Assembly: GCA_964035545.1 (NCBI GenBank) | Contig: OZ037773.1 | Span: forward strand, 4,245,751-4,309,750 | Direction of reading: 5' to 3' | Length of the DNA stretch: 64,000 nt | DNA from: Bugula neritina | Lineage: Eukaryota; Animalia; Bryozoa | Shown: one piece after another, positions 1 through 47,600 of the stretch | How the letters are laid out: each line of letters opens with the position of its first letter | Numbering within the stretch: the stretch's first letter is position 1 | Position numbers and translations under genes: made by a program | The notes under the pieces: model-generated | Databases searched by the model: none | Seen by the model: only the letters and a program-made list of their open reading frames with translations | Told to the model about the DNA's origin: nothing

Positions 1-2542
1 TTTTATCAACTATTTAGTATTAACTATAACTCTGGGTATAACTAAACTAAATTTAAAAATAATACTTGGTATTGATCTTATAATAAATAATATTATTTAA
101 TTATATTGATAATATTAATACTATGACTATTACCTATTGGCTATTAGTCAGATCAAATCAGATTAATTATTCTTGATGAGCGCCTCTGGCTCTTAACAGG
201 GGTATATTGCGCAAGAACTCTTCACTTTGAATTTAATATATTTTTTATATACCTACAATTTTAGCTTGAATTTCGTCTTTTTTTTCCTTTCCCTTCCTTC
301 TCTTTATTCTCTAAACACTGCAACTTGTCGACATCATTTTTTATTACTACTACAGATTACTAGTAGTACTACTACTATTACTACTACTAGTGTTACTAGT
401 ACTGAATCTTAAACTTAAAGACAAAGTGAATGTTTATCTGCCAGTGTCACTGTCAGTGTGCCAATAGGCTACTACTTAAAATACGACTATCACTTATAGT
501 TATTTGTGATAAATATAGTAAGACCTAGTGGTAACTGCTATAAGTACAAATTTCACTGCAACTACAAATAGTAATACTACTAGTACTCTTATTATTAGTC
601 ACTCTACACTCAGTCTTAAAATATGAGTAATGAGCAGAGTACTACTACTAGTATTATTTAGATTTACTTTAAGTATAGTAGTATTAGTACTATAAAATAT
701 TAGATAGTCTTCAACTTCAAGTCATAGTAATGCTGATAGTAATGAGAGACACACATGATTTAGTGCTATTTCTAGATCTAGTATAAAAGATAGTAAATTG
801 TCATTATCATATTTATAGGCTTAATTAGTAATACTTGTATTGACAGTCAACATTTAGCTACTGAGTATCAATGTTATCACCATGAGTATAATTATTGTTA
901 CTATTAATATTAGGCCAACTATTTGCTTAGTGTAGAATTAGTGTTGTAACTCCAAGTTAAAGCAGGTAAACTGAATGTATCTTGTTACATGCTAAGGTTA
1001 ATATATATTCATACTTATGCCATTATTAACAATATTCATTCTTTTCAATAGTTGAATTTGATAACAAATAATAATATGCCATAAAAATGGTTAAATTTAG
1101 GTTAAATTTTCTTTTAGTAGGCTGCTAATTTTCATAATTTCAATTTGACTATTTCCTTGTGATTTATTTATGTTGTGGTTTTAAATAGTTCTGGACCATT
1201 AGTATATTTAATAAGTTAGATGAGAGGGTATTCTCACTGACTCAGTCAGAGTCACACTCATTCGGTCTGCACACTTTAGAAATCTGACGTTTAGTAGCCT
1301 ATAGCTTCAATGTAAATGTAGTATTCAAATGATAAGGCATACACCATGCAGGTAGGACGTGATTCAACATAAGCATCAATTGTTCACAAAAGTAGTTGGT
1401 TAATAATAAAATCTTGTTGTAAAGAAATTCCTGTGTCAAAGGAAGAAGGAAAATATTTTCAAAATGGTTTGCTAACCAGTACTAAATATTTTGTGATTTA
1501 AATGCAAAAATCTTACTGCAAAGAACAGTAGCAATTTTTTTCTTGTTTGCTAAAAGCATTGCTTCACACACCATTTCAGTTTTTTTCTCCAGTAAAGAAA
1601 ATGTTAGCTTTAGGCTTTCTTAAAACATTTAATTTCGTGATTATTCAAGTTCTACATTATGGGTAACATTGATTAGGGTTCTACTTGTGCTCTGTACTAA
1701 TTTTTATAAGTGTGAAGTATAGATAAGACCGTTTGGAATTGTTGATAAGACTGTATTTGCCTCCCCCAAGTTATTAGATTTTATTATGGCTTTTTGCTAT
1801 CCGCAGCTTGCTTTCGATTTAAGCGCTTTATTATATATGGTGGTCTCACTTTTTATTATAATGATAAACTTTATTAGCTTGATTTTCCATTTATATTATT
1901 TTTGCTTAAAGTTGATCGAAAAGCTTCACAAAATATTTAAAATATTAAAAAAAGCTTAAAGCAGTTGTAAAATAATCCTGTAAAGCTTTAGAAAATCATA
2001 AAGGCTACAGTTACTAGCTCGTTATCTAGATTTCTTATAATATAATTCTGAAAGCTTACTAATCAAACAAGAGGATAAAAATATCATTTCTCAGCAAATT
2101 ATGTAATGTTAAATAATACTTTAGTGGTACCTTTTTACTGACATTGTGTTCTTATGTTGTATTTATAATACCCTGGGCCCAAGTTGATTAGTAAACATCC
2201 CACCTACCTATACTAGAATGTTATAGTGAACAAAAATACTAAAACAAACATAGTTGGCCAGTTAATTTAGGGCTCAAAAATCACTTCAGCTTTCAACTTT
2301 TCAAAAGAGATTTTTTGGTCGAAGCTGTAACCAACTCAGATCCTAATAAGAATGGAGTCGGGTCTAAATATGTGACTGAGAGGAGTAGCTGGGGCTGCTA
2401 GTACTTTCTGAGCTGTCGGCATTCTATCATTGTTGATACTGGAGTTTTAGACTATTTGCTGCTAGTCATTATTTCCTCACTTCTTTGGAAGCTAGATGCT
2501 TGTTTTACCTAATTTACCTAATTGTGTTGTACACCACAACAT

Positions 2543-2755
2543 AGGGAGCAGCCTAGGTTAGAGGGGTTAGAGCGTTTTCTCAGTAAAGTCATAGGTTCCA
2601 ACCCCACGAAGGCCATTAGTGATGTTAGGAAGAGCATCTAGTCATAATTGCTCCTGTGCCCCATCTAAATAAGTTCTTAGCCCTATTTAACAAAAAACCC
2701 TTTCTATCAGGGGTTTCTCACAAGATGGCGACTATAAACTTGCGTGAGTTTTGAG
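2543..2755 (+). mobile_element. tRNA-derived SINE, copy 1
   Basis: Collinear with 40292-40505 (shared GGCCATxxGTGATGTTAG, AATTGCTCxTGTGCCCCAT and GCGACTATAAACTTGCGTGAGTTTTG). The 5' end has a degenerate A-box/B-box-like head. Confidence 0.7.
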
Positions 2756-3889
2756 TGTCGTACTGAGCATAGTTATGCCATCGGAAAGCTAGTCATAGTA
2801 AATTTGTACCAATGGTTAGCCTACTATAATGGTGCACTAAGCCTCTGAGCTGTAGTTTCTAACATTAATTAAAATTATCGATAATCAATATGCAAATGAG
2901 GCTGAGACACTACCTGTATGAGCCTTCATGTTGAACGGTGACTCAGTCACATGCCTGACTGAGTCATGTTTCAGGATCATGGTGGCACCACTTGAAATGA
3001 ATACTTATATTCTGATTATTCAAATCAATGAAAGGTTCTTTTAATAATCAACCAACTAGGGTCCAAGCTGCCATTAGAAATATATCAATGCAGTTAACTT
3101 TAAGTTTAAGAAACATTTTTATTTATATATTTATTTCGTATTATCTCTGAGATAAGAATTTTGATATAATATATACAGACTATATTTGTCGATTCGATGG
3201 TTTGCACTTGAAAAGCATTGCGTCAAGCTTCTCCATTAGTTAATCATGTGGAAACTACTACCTACTGAGTGACGGATCTTTAACTCAAGTCGTTGACTCA
3301 ACTAGTTGGCTGATCACCCTTGAAAGTTGCTCTGTCTAGCATCTCTAAGCTGTAGTTTTAATGGGATCAATGCTATTCGATTAGCTTGAACTGAAAGAGC
3401 AAAGGTTGTGAAGGCAAAGTTATATTTCCTGTCGGGTGACCTCTCTCAATGGGCTGCGGCTAGCCTAGAACTCTGTTAACGTTGGTGAAGGTTGTTGTTG
3501 CTCTTTTGTTGAACATTTTTCTATGTCTGCTTTTGCTACTGTTTTCGCTTGAATTTGCTGATTCTTGCTGCATCTACATTTTTTAAAACTGGAAATTATT
3601 ACTAGATGCAACCTATAAAAGTTAAAGCTTGAATATTGTTTATTTGACTACATGCAGACCAGATGTGTTAACTGAGATCCAACTCCTGCTGTTATATCAA
3701 GAACTAATCCATTACTAATCTTTATCGTATTGCACCAGCATGCACAGCATTGCGGGCAGATGTAGGCTGTATTATAATGATAAATTATACTATTTCAATT
3801 GAAGTAGACAGATATAGAATGATAAATCTATAATAATATAGTAGTGTATAGAGTAAACAGCCACCCTTGTCAGTGTAAGTGAGATAGAA

Positions 3890-4040
3890 TATAGAGTATG
3901 AGTATATACTATAGGGCATAGGCTACAGAGTATGGAATATAGGCTACAGAGTATAGAATATAGGCTATAGAGTATAGAATATAGGCTATAGAGTATAGAA
4001 TATAGGCTATAGAGTATAGAATATAGGCAATAGACTATAG
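3890..4040. repeat. 21-bp minisatellite (AATATAGGCTATAGAGTATAG)n
   Basis: Tandem copies are directly visible. Confidence 0.85.
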
Positions 4041-4971
4041 ATCATACATGTGTTAGGTAAGTTTTAATGGATTTTATTCTAGCATGTTCCAATTCCACTA
4101 CAGCTGATGTAAAATTAGTTCCTCCACACTGCATAAGTAGATTTCCTTTTTCCTATGCTCCAAATACGAGCGAACCTATTAGACTGGAATGGTACGCTGT
4201 ACATGATGTAACCTCTCTATGATTGGTCACTCATTCCATCACTTTCGGTTGTGAATCAATCTCAACTACATTTATTATATATTTATTAATAACATCCAGT
4301 TTAATGCAATTATCTTTAGTTATGATTAAATTGAGTAGATGTGCTGGTCTCATGCTTCAAAGATTCCATAAACCACTCGAATTTCCTATGACTTTTATTA
4401 TTCTATAATAATTAGTTTCACATGTACATAATTGGTGTGACTGTACAAATTGGTGACACTCAGAATATTATGGTGGTGGCATTTTATTGCAACATAACAT
4501 ACAAATCATATAGTTGTACTGTACAATATATTCATTGAACTCATGGTATACGTAAATGGTCAAGCAAGGCTTTACTTGCACCCATTACTTTCACCCATTA
4601 CTTTCACTTCCCTTTTTCTACTAAATCCTTACAGCCGCCTACTAAATGTTTTGTACATTTTACAATAGGCAACATTGTATTATATTTACTTGAAAAGTGA
4701 ATTAGAAATAGTAGTTTATTCATGAATTAACTTTTTTACTTGAAAGTATGAGAAATCATAATATTTTTTTCTTAGTTATTGCCATTGTATTATTTAAATC
4801 ATGGGAAACATCATTTCTTCAGTTTTCTAAGTGTGATTTCTTAGAATATTAGTGATATGTTGCTCTACGTTTTGTTTCAGTCTCTCTCTTACGTATTAAT
4901 ATCCCATGAGTCAGCTGAAGGAAATGTTTCACTGATATTGCTGATGGTAGTTGGTGCATACAGCCTGCATC

Positions 4972-40721
<35,750 letters not shown>

Positions 40722-41660
40722 TGTAGACTCAAACCTTCTATTCAACAGCAAAACGGGGCGCTAGGAATACGGTCCGCTCTATTGGAACACTGGTTTGGTT
40801 TCTGGCAATTACTCAAAACTTACCATACATAACACAGGAGAGCTATGGAAACGCTCTGTAAAATTGTCAGCAATCCTAAGGCTAAACTTTACATGGCCTT
40901 GTTCTAGACATTTCGTAATATTTATTTTGGCCATTGCTTTGTTTGTGTTAGTTATCTTCTCTCTACCATATACAAAGACTGTATATTTTCTACATACATT
41001 CCGTTTAGCCAAGGCTCTGGTTATATTGATTTTTGTATTTTATATTCCTGGTGTATCCTGGCATTCTTGTTCAGGTGGTGATGATGTGTTTAGCTAGGCT
41101 GGAATGGCAATATGGTGGCATGTAGTTATATATTACATATATAATACATGTACATCAATACATATGATATTAGCTTTGCTGATCCACTCGTATCTCTAGT
41201 CGCTAGCAAATTTATAGAATTATCATGTATAAATAAATACTTTTATTTATTTTGCTTACTAGAATATTTTATCTAGAAAAGAATAAATTACATTAATTTT
41301 CTCTACATTAGTTCTTGTAGTAAAATGCAATTTCAAGTATTTCAAATATTTGTCTAGCATTTCAACATCTATGCAGTTTGTGTTACTCAGTGCCTAATGT
41401 AAACAATTATTTCAATAAAAACTGTAAAAATTATTTGCCATTAAAGAGCATTAGAGTAAAATAAATTGCTTTAGTCGGTCTCATGATTTTTCATCCTAAA
41501 CAAGTGAAAACATCAGCTTAAAGACATACCTTTCCGTCGCAGGGTCATTTCAAATTATATTTATAACTAGATAGATGTGATATGCACAAGAATGAGTACT
41601 CAATGTGATAAACTTTAATTCAACTACTGAACAAGTCTACGCTGCTAGCACACTGTCACC

Positions 41661-44600
41661 ATGCCACCTAAAGTTAAAAACAAGGGAAAGAAACTCCAAA
41701 AACTCTGTGCTAATAAACTAGAGGATGACAACTCTGAAGACCAGGATGATGAGATTGCTCTCAATGGAACAGATGATGACGGTGATGCCAGTACAAGCTC
41801 GCTGTCATTTGCTAGTGAAAACTTCATAAACAGTAAAGCAGCCTCATTGGCAGCTAAGAACAGTTTTGCTTTGAGCAAGCAAAAGCGATGCAAGAAGAAA
41901 AAGAAAGCATCCATTGGAAAAAAGTTGGATGTTAACACTTGCACAATCAGTGCTCTTAAGAAGGTAGTTTAATTTAAGGAGTGTTTGCTATGTTTATATT
42001 ATAAGGTTGGTTGATATTAATAATTTTCATAGTAGAAGTTTGGCACCTAATGAATTATCACTTGTTTAATTCTTATACATCCATTTCTGTTCAAATGTTT
42101 GAAGGTTTAAACTGAGCCTTATTATTATCAGCTACAACAAGTCACATATCTAGCTGTTACATATAATAGATTCTTTTGCAAATAAATTGTACATTGCATT
42201 AAACTTTTATGAATTGTATGAGTTTGTAGCAATTTAATTTGACTCAGTCAGTATATTATAGAGCTGCATATACTACAAACATTTTAGACTGGGGTGCCAC
42301 ATGCTGTAGCTCAGAAAATTGTACGGTATAGAAAGAAACACAAGTGTTTCGTACACATCAATGAGTTGTTGAGAGTTCAAGGGGTCAAAGGTGAACTCTT
42401 TAGTCTCCTGGCTAAGTTGGTGTTTGTCGGATCAAATGCCGAAGAACTCAACACCCTATTAAGATCGTGAGTAGGCTGAGTATAAGATTTGATGCATTAT
42501 GGGCAATTAGTTTTAGAGTATGGAAGTTTTCTAATTCGTTTCAAGTTTCTGTAGCATTCTTATAAGTATACTTGTAACTACAGTGCTCCTTCCATATCTC
42601 CCAAATCTATTTTTAACGGAATTTCATAGGTCACAAGAAGGGCTTGAACCCCCATTCCGTCGTCTATGTATGGGTGTGACAAAAAAACTGAATTTAGCGA
42701 GTCCATAAGTTATAAATCTGGTATTCTACTATGTCACGAATTGAGGGTTGAATACTGAAGCTTAGTGAGATACGGAGGGAGCATTGTTATGCCTTAACAG
42801 AGATGCTAAATTTTGCCTGCATCTGCAGCTACACTCACTTATTGGTCTAAATTTACAGTAGAAAACCGGCAAACTCGAAATCAAATGTCAAGGCCAACAA
42901 AGGTAAAAGCAAAATTAGCTCGAGAACTCAGAAATTAAAGCTTCCTAACAAAACTGGACCAAGGAAGAGTAAATCAGCAAACTCCATAGCTGGCACAGAG
43001 AGAGACAACCCCCGCAGCTATGATCTTGTAGGTTGATCACATCACTGCTTCAGTACACTATTGATTTTACTGATTAACCTAAACAGCGTGTAATATTTCA
43101 TGTGCCATGTGTATAGATATAAGCCAGTATTGTGGGCTCATTATGAGCTTCCTAAATTTGGAAAACTATTTAGCATCTTTTATGAAAATATTCAACAAGT
43201 TCGACATGTTTTGCTTGGCAAAAGTCAATGAAATAGTATATCAAATGACATTTTACCAAGTTTTAAGGTTCTAATCCAGGGGTGTCCAACCTTTTCAGAC
43301 CGAGGGCCAGTCTGCAAGTTTCAGCTTGAGCTGGGGGCCACAACATTTTTTCTGTTTTTAAAATCAATTTTCAAGATTCATTAAACATCTGCAGGCTATA
43401 TGTAGTGTAATTATAAGCGCGGGCTAGGCTTTGCATGTTTATTAAAATCATAACATATTTAAATAGATATATATTATTTACGTGTGTGTATGTGTGTATA
43501 TATGCATTTAGTTAAAATAGGTAAACAAGAAACATTTCATTTTTATTACTTTAATAATCAATAATTATATATATGCATTTATGTTTGTGCATAAAAAATT
43601 ATACATATATACATACAAAGTATATATTCATGATTGTAAATGCAAATGTAAACAAGATGTGCCAGTGCTAAGAGTCTGTACTCATACCAGTATAGTTATA
43701 GTTTACAACCATCAGTGAAACACTTGTGAGTACACAGTGAGTACTGTTTGCCTGGAACAATTCTGTTAATATCTGGTTTCGTATCAAAACATATAACCCT
43801 TAGTTGCTGGACTAAGTGCTGACTAGTGAGTGAAGTGTAGTATATATTTTGTGTATTTCATTTGACTGAAAATTAAAAGTTCAAAGTTCAAACCTTCAAG
43901 CCATCTCAGTGCAGCATCTAACAAGTAGTCAAAGGTCAAAGGTCAAGGCGATCACAAACCCCTAATCATTTCAGTACATACTCGCACAATATTCAATCAC
44001 GGGCTTTCCATGTACCGATCTCAGATCGATCTCGCTGAGATCGATCTGAGCACGTTTCTCAGATCGATCGTTTTTCCATGAGAGTGTCAGATCGATCTTG
44101 CGAAGTTGCCTCCTCTTAAGTGAAGGATACTTTAAAAGTACAATTTGTTCGCCTATTTGAGTGATTAAAGCTACTACTGTTGAAAACAAGATGGTAGTAG
44201 TCTAAAATTTAATCCCAGCTATAAAATATACGCAGCAAAGCTTTCAGTGTATGGTAATTTGGCCAATTTAAAATAATTAATTTTAATTTTTAAGCTTGAC
44301 AGCTTATATAAAATTAATGGCTGTCTTGCAGATTATTAATAAAAGTACAGGACTGTTTGTTACCTGCAAGTGCAAATTAATATGAGAGTCAAACTCAAAA
44401 CAAATAACGGAGACTAGCAGTAACTTATAATAATGATTATAATAATAATTATAATAATAATACGAATAATAATATATCGACAGCCCCAAGCTGTCACCGT
44501 GACCTCCAAACCACCCCTTAGTCACCCCAATCTCCACCCGTGATCTGCCCAGCAAATCACCGTATTCGCCCAGAATACAATGACCAGAAACTTGAATTTG

Positions 44601-47600
44601 CTAAACTCTCTAATAGATATAAACGTTCTCAGTCCAACACTGTCACACGATTGATAGAGGCTTTTATTTCGCAGCGCAGCACGAGGAGAAGTCCTTGACC
44701 CCTGCTGTGTACCTAAGCACTCTATCTTGCTGCGCCGCTAACGGCATCGGCATACTTACAGCCCACATCTCCCCTAGCTTCTTACAAAGCTACTATGGAG
44801 ACGCCACGACCTCTGGCCAATCAACATAATCAGCCAAGTACGCAGGTCGCCGCCGCACACGTTGCGGCCGTCCATGATGGAGCAGCGGCACATCTGCATT
44901 CTCGCTCTCCTCAGCATCAACTCCAACCTGTTCGGTGGGGCGTTCTGGACACCTTACACCATTCACATCAGCATCGGGTTGGGCTGGGTCTTCCCGAATA
45001 GCATACTGACCCGCATTGGCCTCCTCGCCATGCTCCTCGCTCAACACTAACGGCAGATCCCCTGGAGGCCCAGCATAGGGTATATGCTGATCATCAACAC
45101 GAGCAGAGAGGCCACCCTGATGGCGCCTTCCACCGTGCTGAGCAAGCTCTCCACCATGGCGACGCTTTCGCACGTCTCTGACATGCCGTGGTACCCCATT
45201 CACACACACTGTGTGTCTTGATACAACCCCGGTGACCTCACCGAGTGCCCACTGCCTGGTGCACGAGGGTGTTGGTGGCTTCAGCCAGACTTCATCGCCA
45301 ATGGCGAAGTTACAGTCACCACAAACGCCAGCTTCTGTGGTATTAATATCAAATGGTACCCGCCAAGGGTATCGAAAGAGTACGTTAGAAGGCACCGAAC
45401 CTTCATCTGCGTCCTTCCTGGGTGTCACATTATACCAGAATGTGGCTTCTTCGGGAGAAATCCCCCCTCTCTCCGCAATCCTTTTGATTGTCCGGTGGTT
45501 TCTCTCGACAATCCCGTTGCCGCTCGGGGCGTAAGCGGCTCTGAATCGAAGAGATATTCCCCACTCGTCAGCAAACTCCTCAACAGATGCTGACCTGAAT
45601 GCCATGGAGTTGTCCAAGAGCAACTCTTCACATGGCCCTCGCTCAATCACAACGCTGCGCAATTGAGCAACAATTTTTTCTGCAGACTCACTCTGAAGAC
45701 GTCGCCAGATGGCCAGTCGCGACGGACCACAGTCGACCATCGACAGAAACAGTCTGCCATCGTAGTGGGTTACATCAATCGCAACTCTCTGCCAATTTCC
45801 TTCTACTGACAAGCTTCCTGTCGGGACAATGTTCTCAGACCTTAAGGCGGGGTCGACCCTCTGGCATGTCTCACACCCAGCCAACTCGCGCTTCACTTGC
45901 TCTCTGGACAGATCTCTACGAATTTGTCGAGCAAGGTAAAGCGTCCGATCAACGCCTAAATGATGAGGCAGGTGCGCCGCCCAAATGGCATCTTCCACAC
46001 TTTCCCCTGTTGAAAGTGCTGCAATCACCTGCATGTCGGTGCTGCCAAGTCCACGGCTCCCAAGCCACTGCTTAGCCACCCTAGTCATGCAATCAGCTTT
46101 GTTTTCTGCCGTCGGCACAAAACGAACTGATATTTCAAGGTCGAACTCGGTGATCGTGTCTCGGATTACACCCAAACGACGCTTTATGAGCATCTCTGCA
46201 GCACTCTTTGTTCTTACGCGACTACGGGCGTCAACAGTGTTTCCCATCCAGTTGACGACCGTGAGCGAGTCGATTGCTAGCGTGAAGGTTTTAAACCCCC
46301 ACGTGACCGCCAGGTTGATTCCTCTAGCCACAGCCTCCAACTCGGCAACATTGATATGGGAATGATCGGACTCCTTCCGTAGCCATGACGCATCCTCTAC
46401 AACATTGCCATCTACCTCCAGGACCACGCCTATCCCTATGGAGCTAGCATCTGTCCACACTGTAACAGATCCCCCTGGATTCACTCGCCAGCACCCCCGC
46501 ACAGGGTCCTCTCGCTTAGCTCTGTTCAGCAACTCTGCAGCCAGATTGCTGACAGCATTTCCAACAGGAGCATCCCAACCCCCACCACATCCTAATCGTT
46601 TGAGGAAGCTGCAGTGCATACGGAGCCATCCGGCCACCGGATAGTGACCGACCAACCGACCACAAAGGGAGAAGAGGCCACGCTTTGTGAGGCTTTTTGG
46701 CTTCAAGTGGATCTCTGAGAGGGCTGTTGCCCTCATCATTCGTAGTTCTCCGCGACTGTCGCTTTTAAGGGCAATTCCCAACAGTCGACCTCCATCAAGA
46801 CTTTCCGGCTCTTTAGTCTCGAGCCCATACTTGGCTAGATGCTTTCGTACTTCCTCAGCACCGACAACAGACTCCTGCACCACTATGTCATCAATGTAGT
46901 GGTCCGTTGCCCGACGAACCCGGTCGTCCATCGACAGTACTTTACCAAGAATCGAAGTCATAATTCTGGGAGCGCACGACAGTCCAAAACCGAGCCGAGT
47001 CAGGGCGTAGTGCACCCCCTTATGTCTAACGACCTGGTACTTCCACAGATCTTTGGCTATGTGAATTTGAAGATAGGCTGACTTCAGATCCACAACTCGG
47101 AGGTTACCTTTCAACTGTCTCCACTTTCTAATCTTTTCACTACACACCGCAACCTTGTCATCGCCAGTGTGAGATTCCACGTAGTTGTTCAGCTCACGGT
47201 AGTCCATGACCGGCCGCACCTTGTCCTTAGTTGGCTGGAACACTGCAAGCAAAGGGATAACCCCTTCAACTGGGCCATCCCATCGCTTTAACCAACCCTT
47301 GGAGATCCAGCTCTCCAGCTCTGCGCAGTAGCGTTCATGAATCTGAGGCGCCTGAGTACACCTGTACTCTGACACACGAGTTTGGAGCTTTGATGGAGAC
47401 TCCCCGGTCCACCGCCAACTGACGGTCCATCGACCATTGTCGAAATTGGCCACGAAATCGGGATCCTCCACTCGCAGCGACCCCAAGTCACTGCTACGAC
47501 TATCATTGACAGCTGTCGTAGCCCCACAGGCCAGGCCTGGGCTGGCAACTTTCTGACGAGGAAAGTCACAGCAGCCAGCTGAACTCTGCTTTCCCCAGAC

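Noticed and set aside
41661-42466. Calling the HhH gene EEPD1 or histone H1
   Set aside because: No endonuclease/exonuclease/phosphatase domain and no H1 winged-helix globular domain are visible, so no symbol was assigned.
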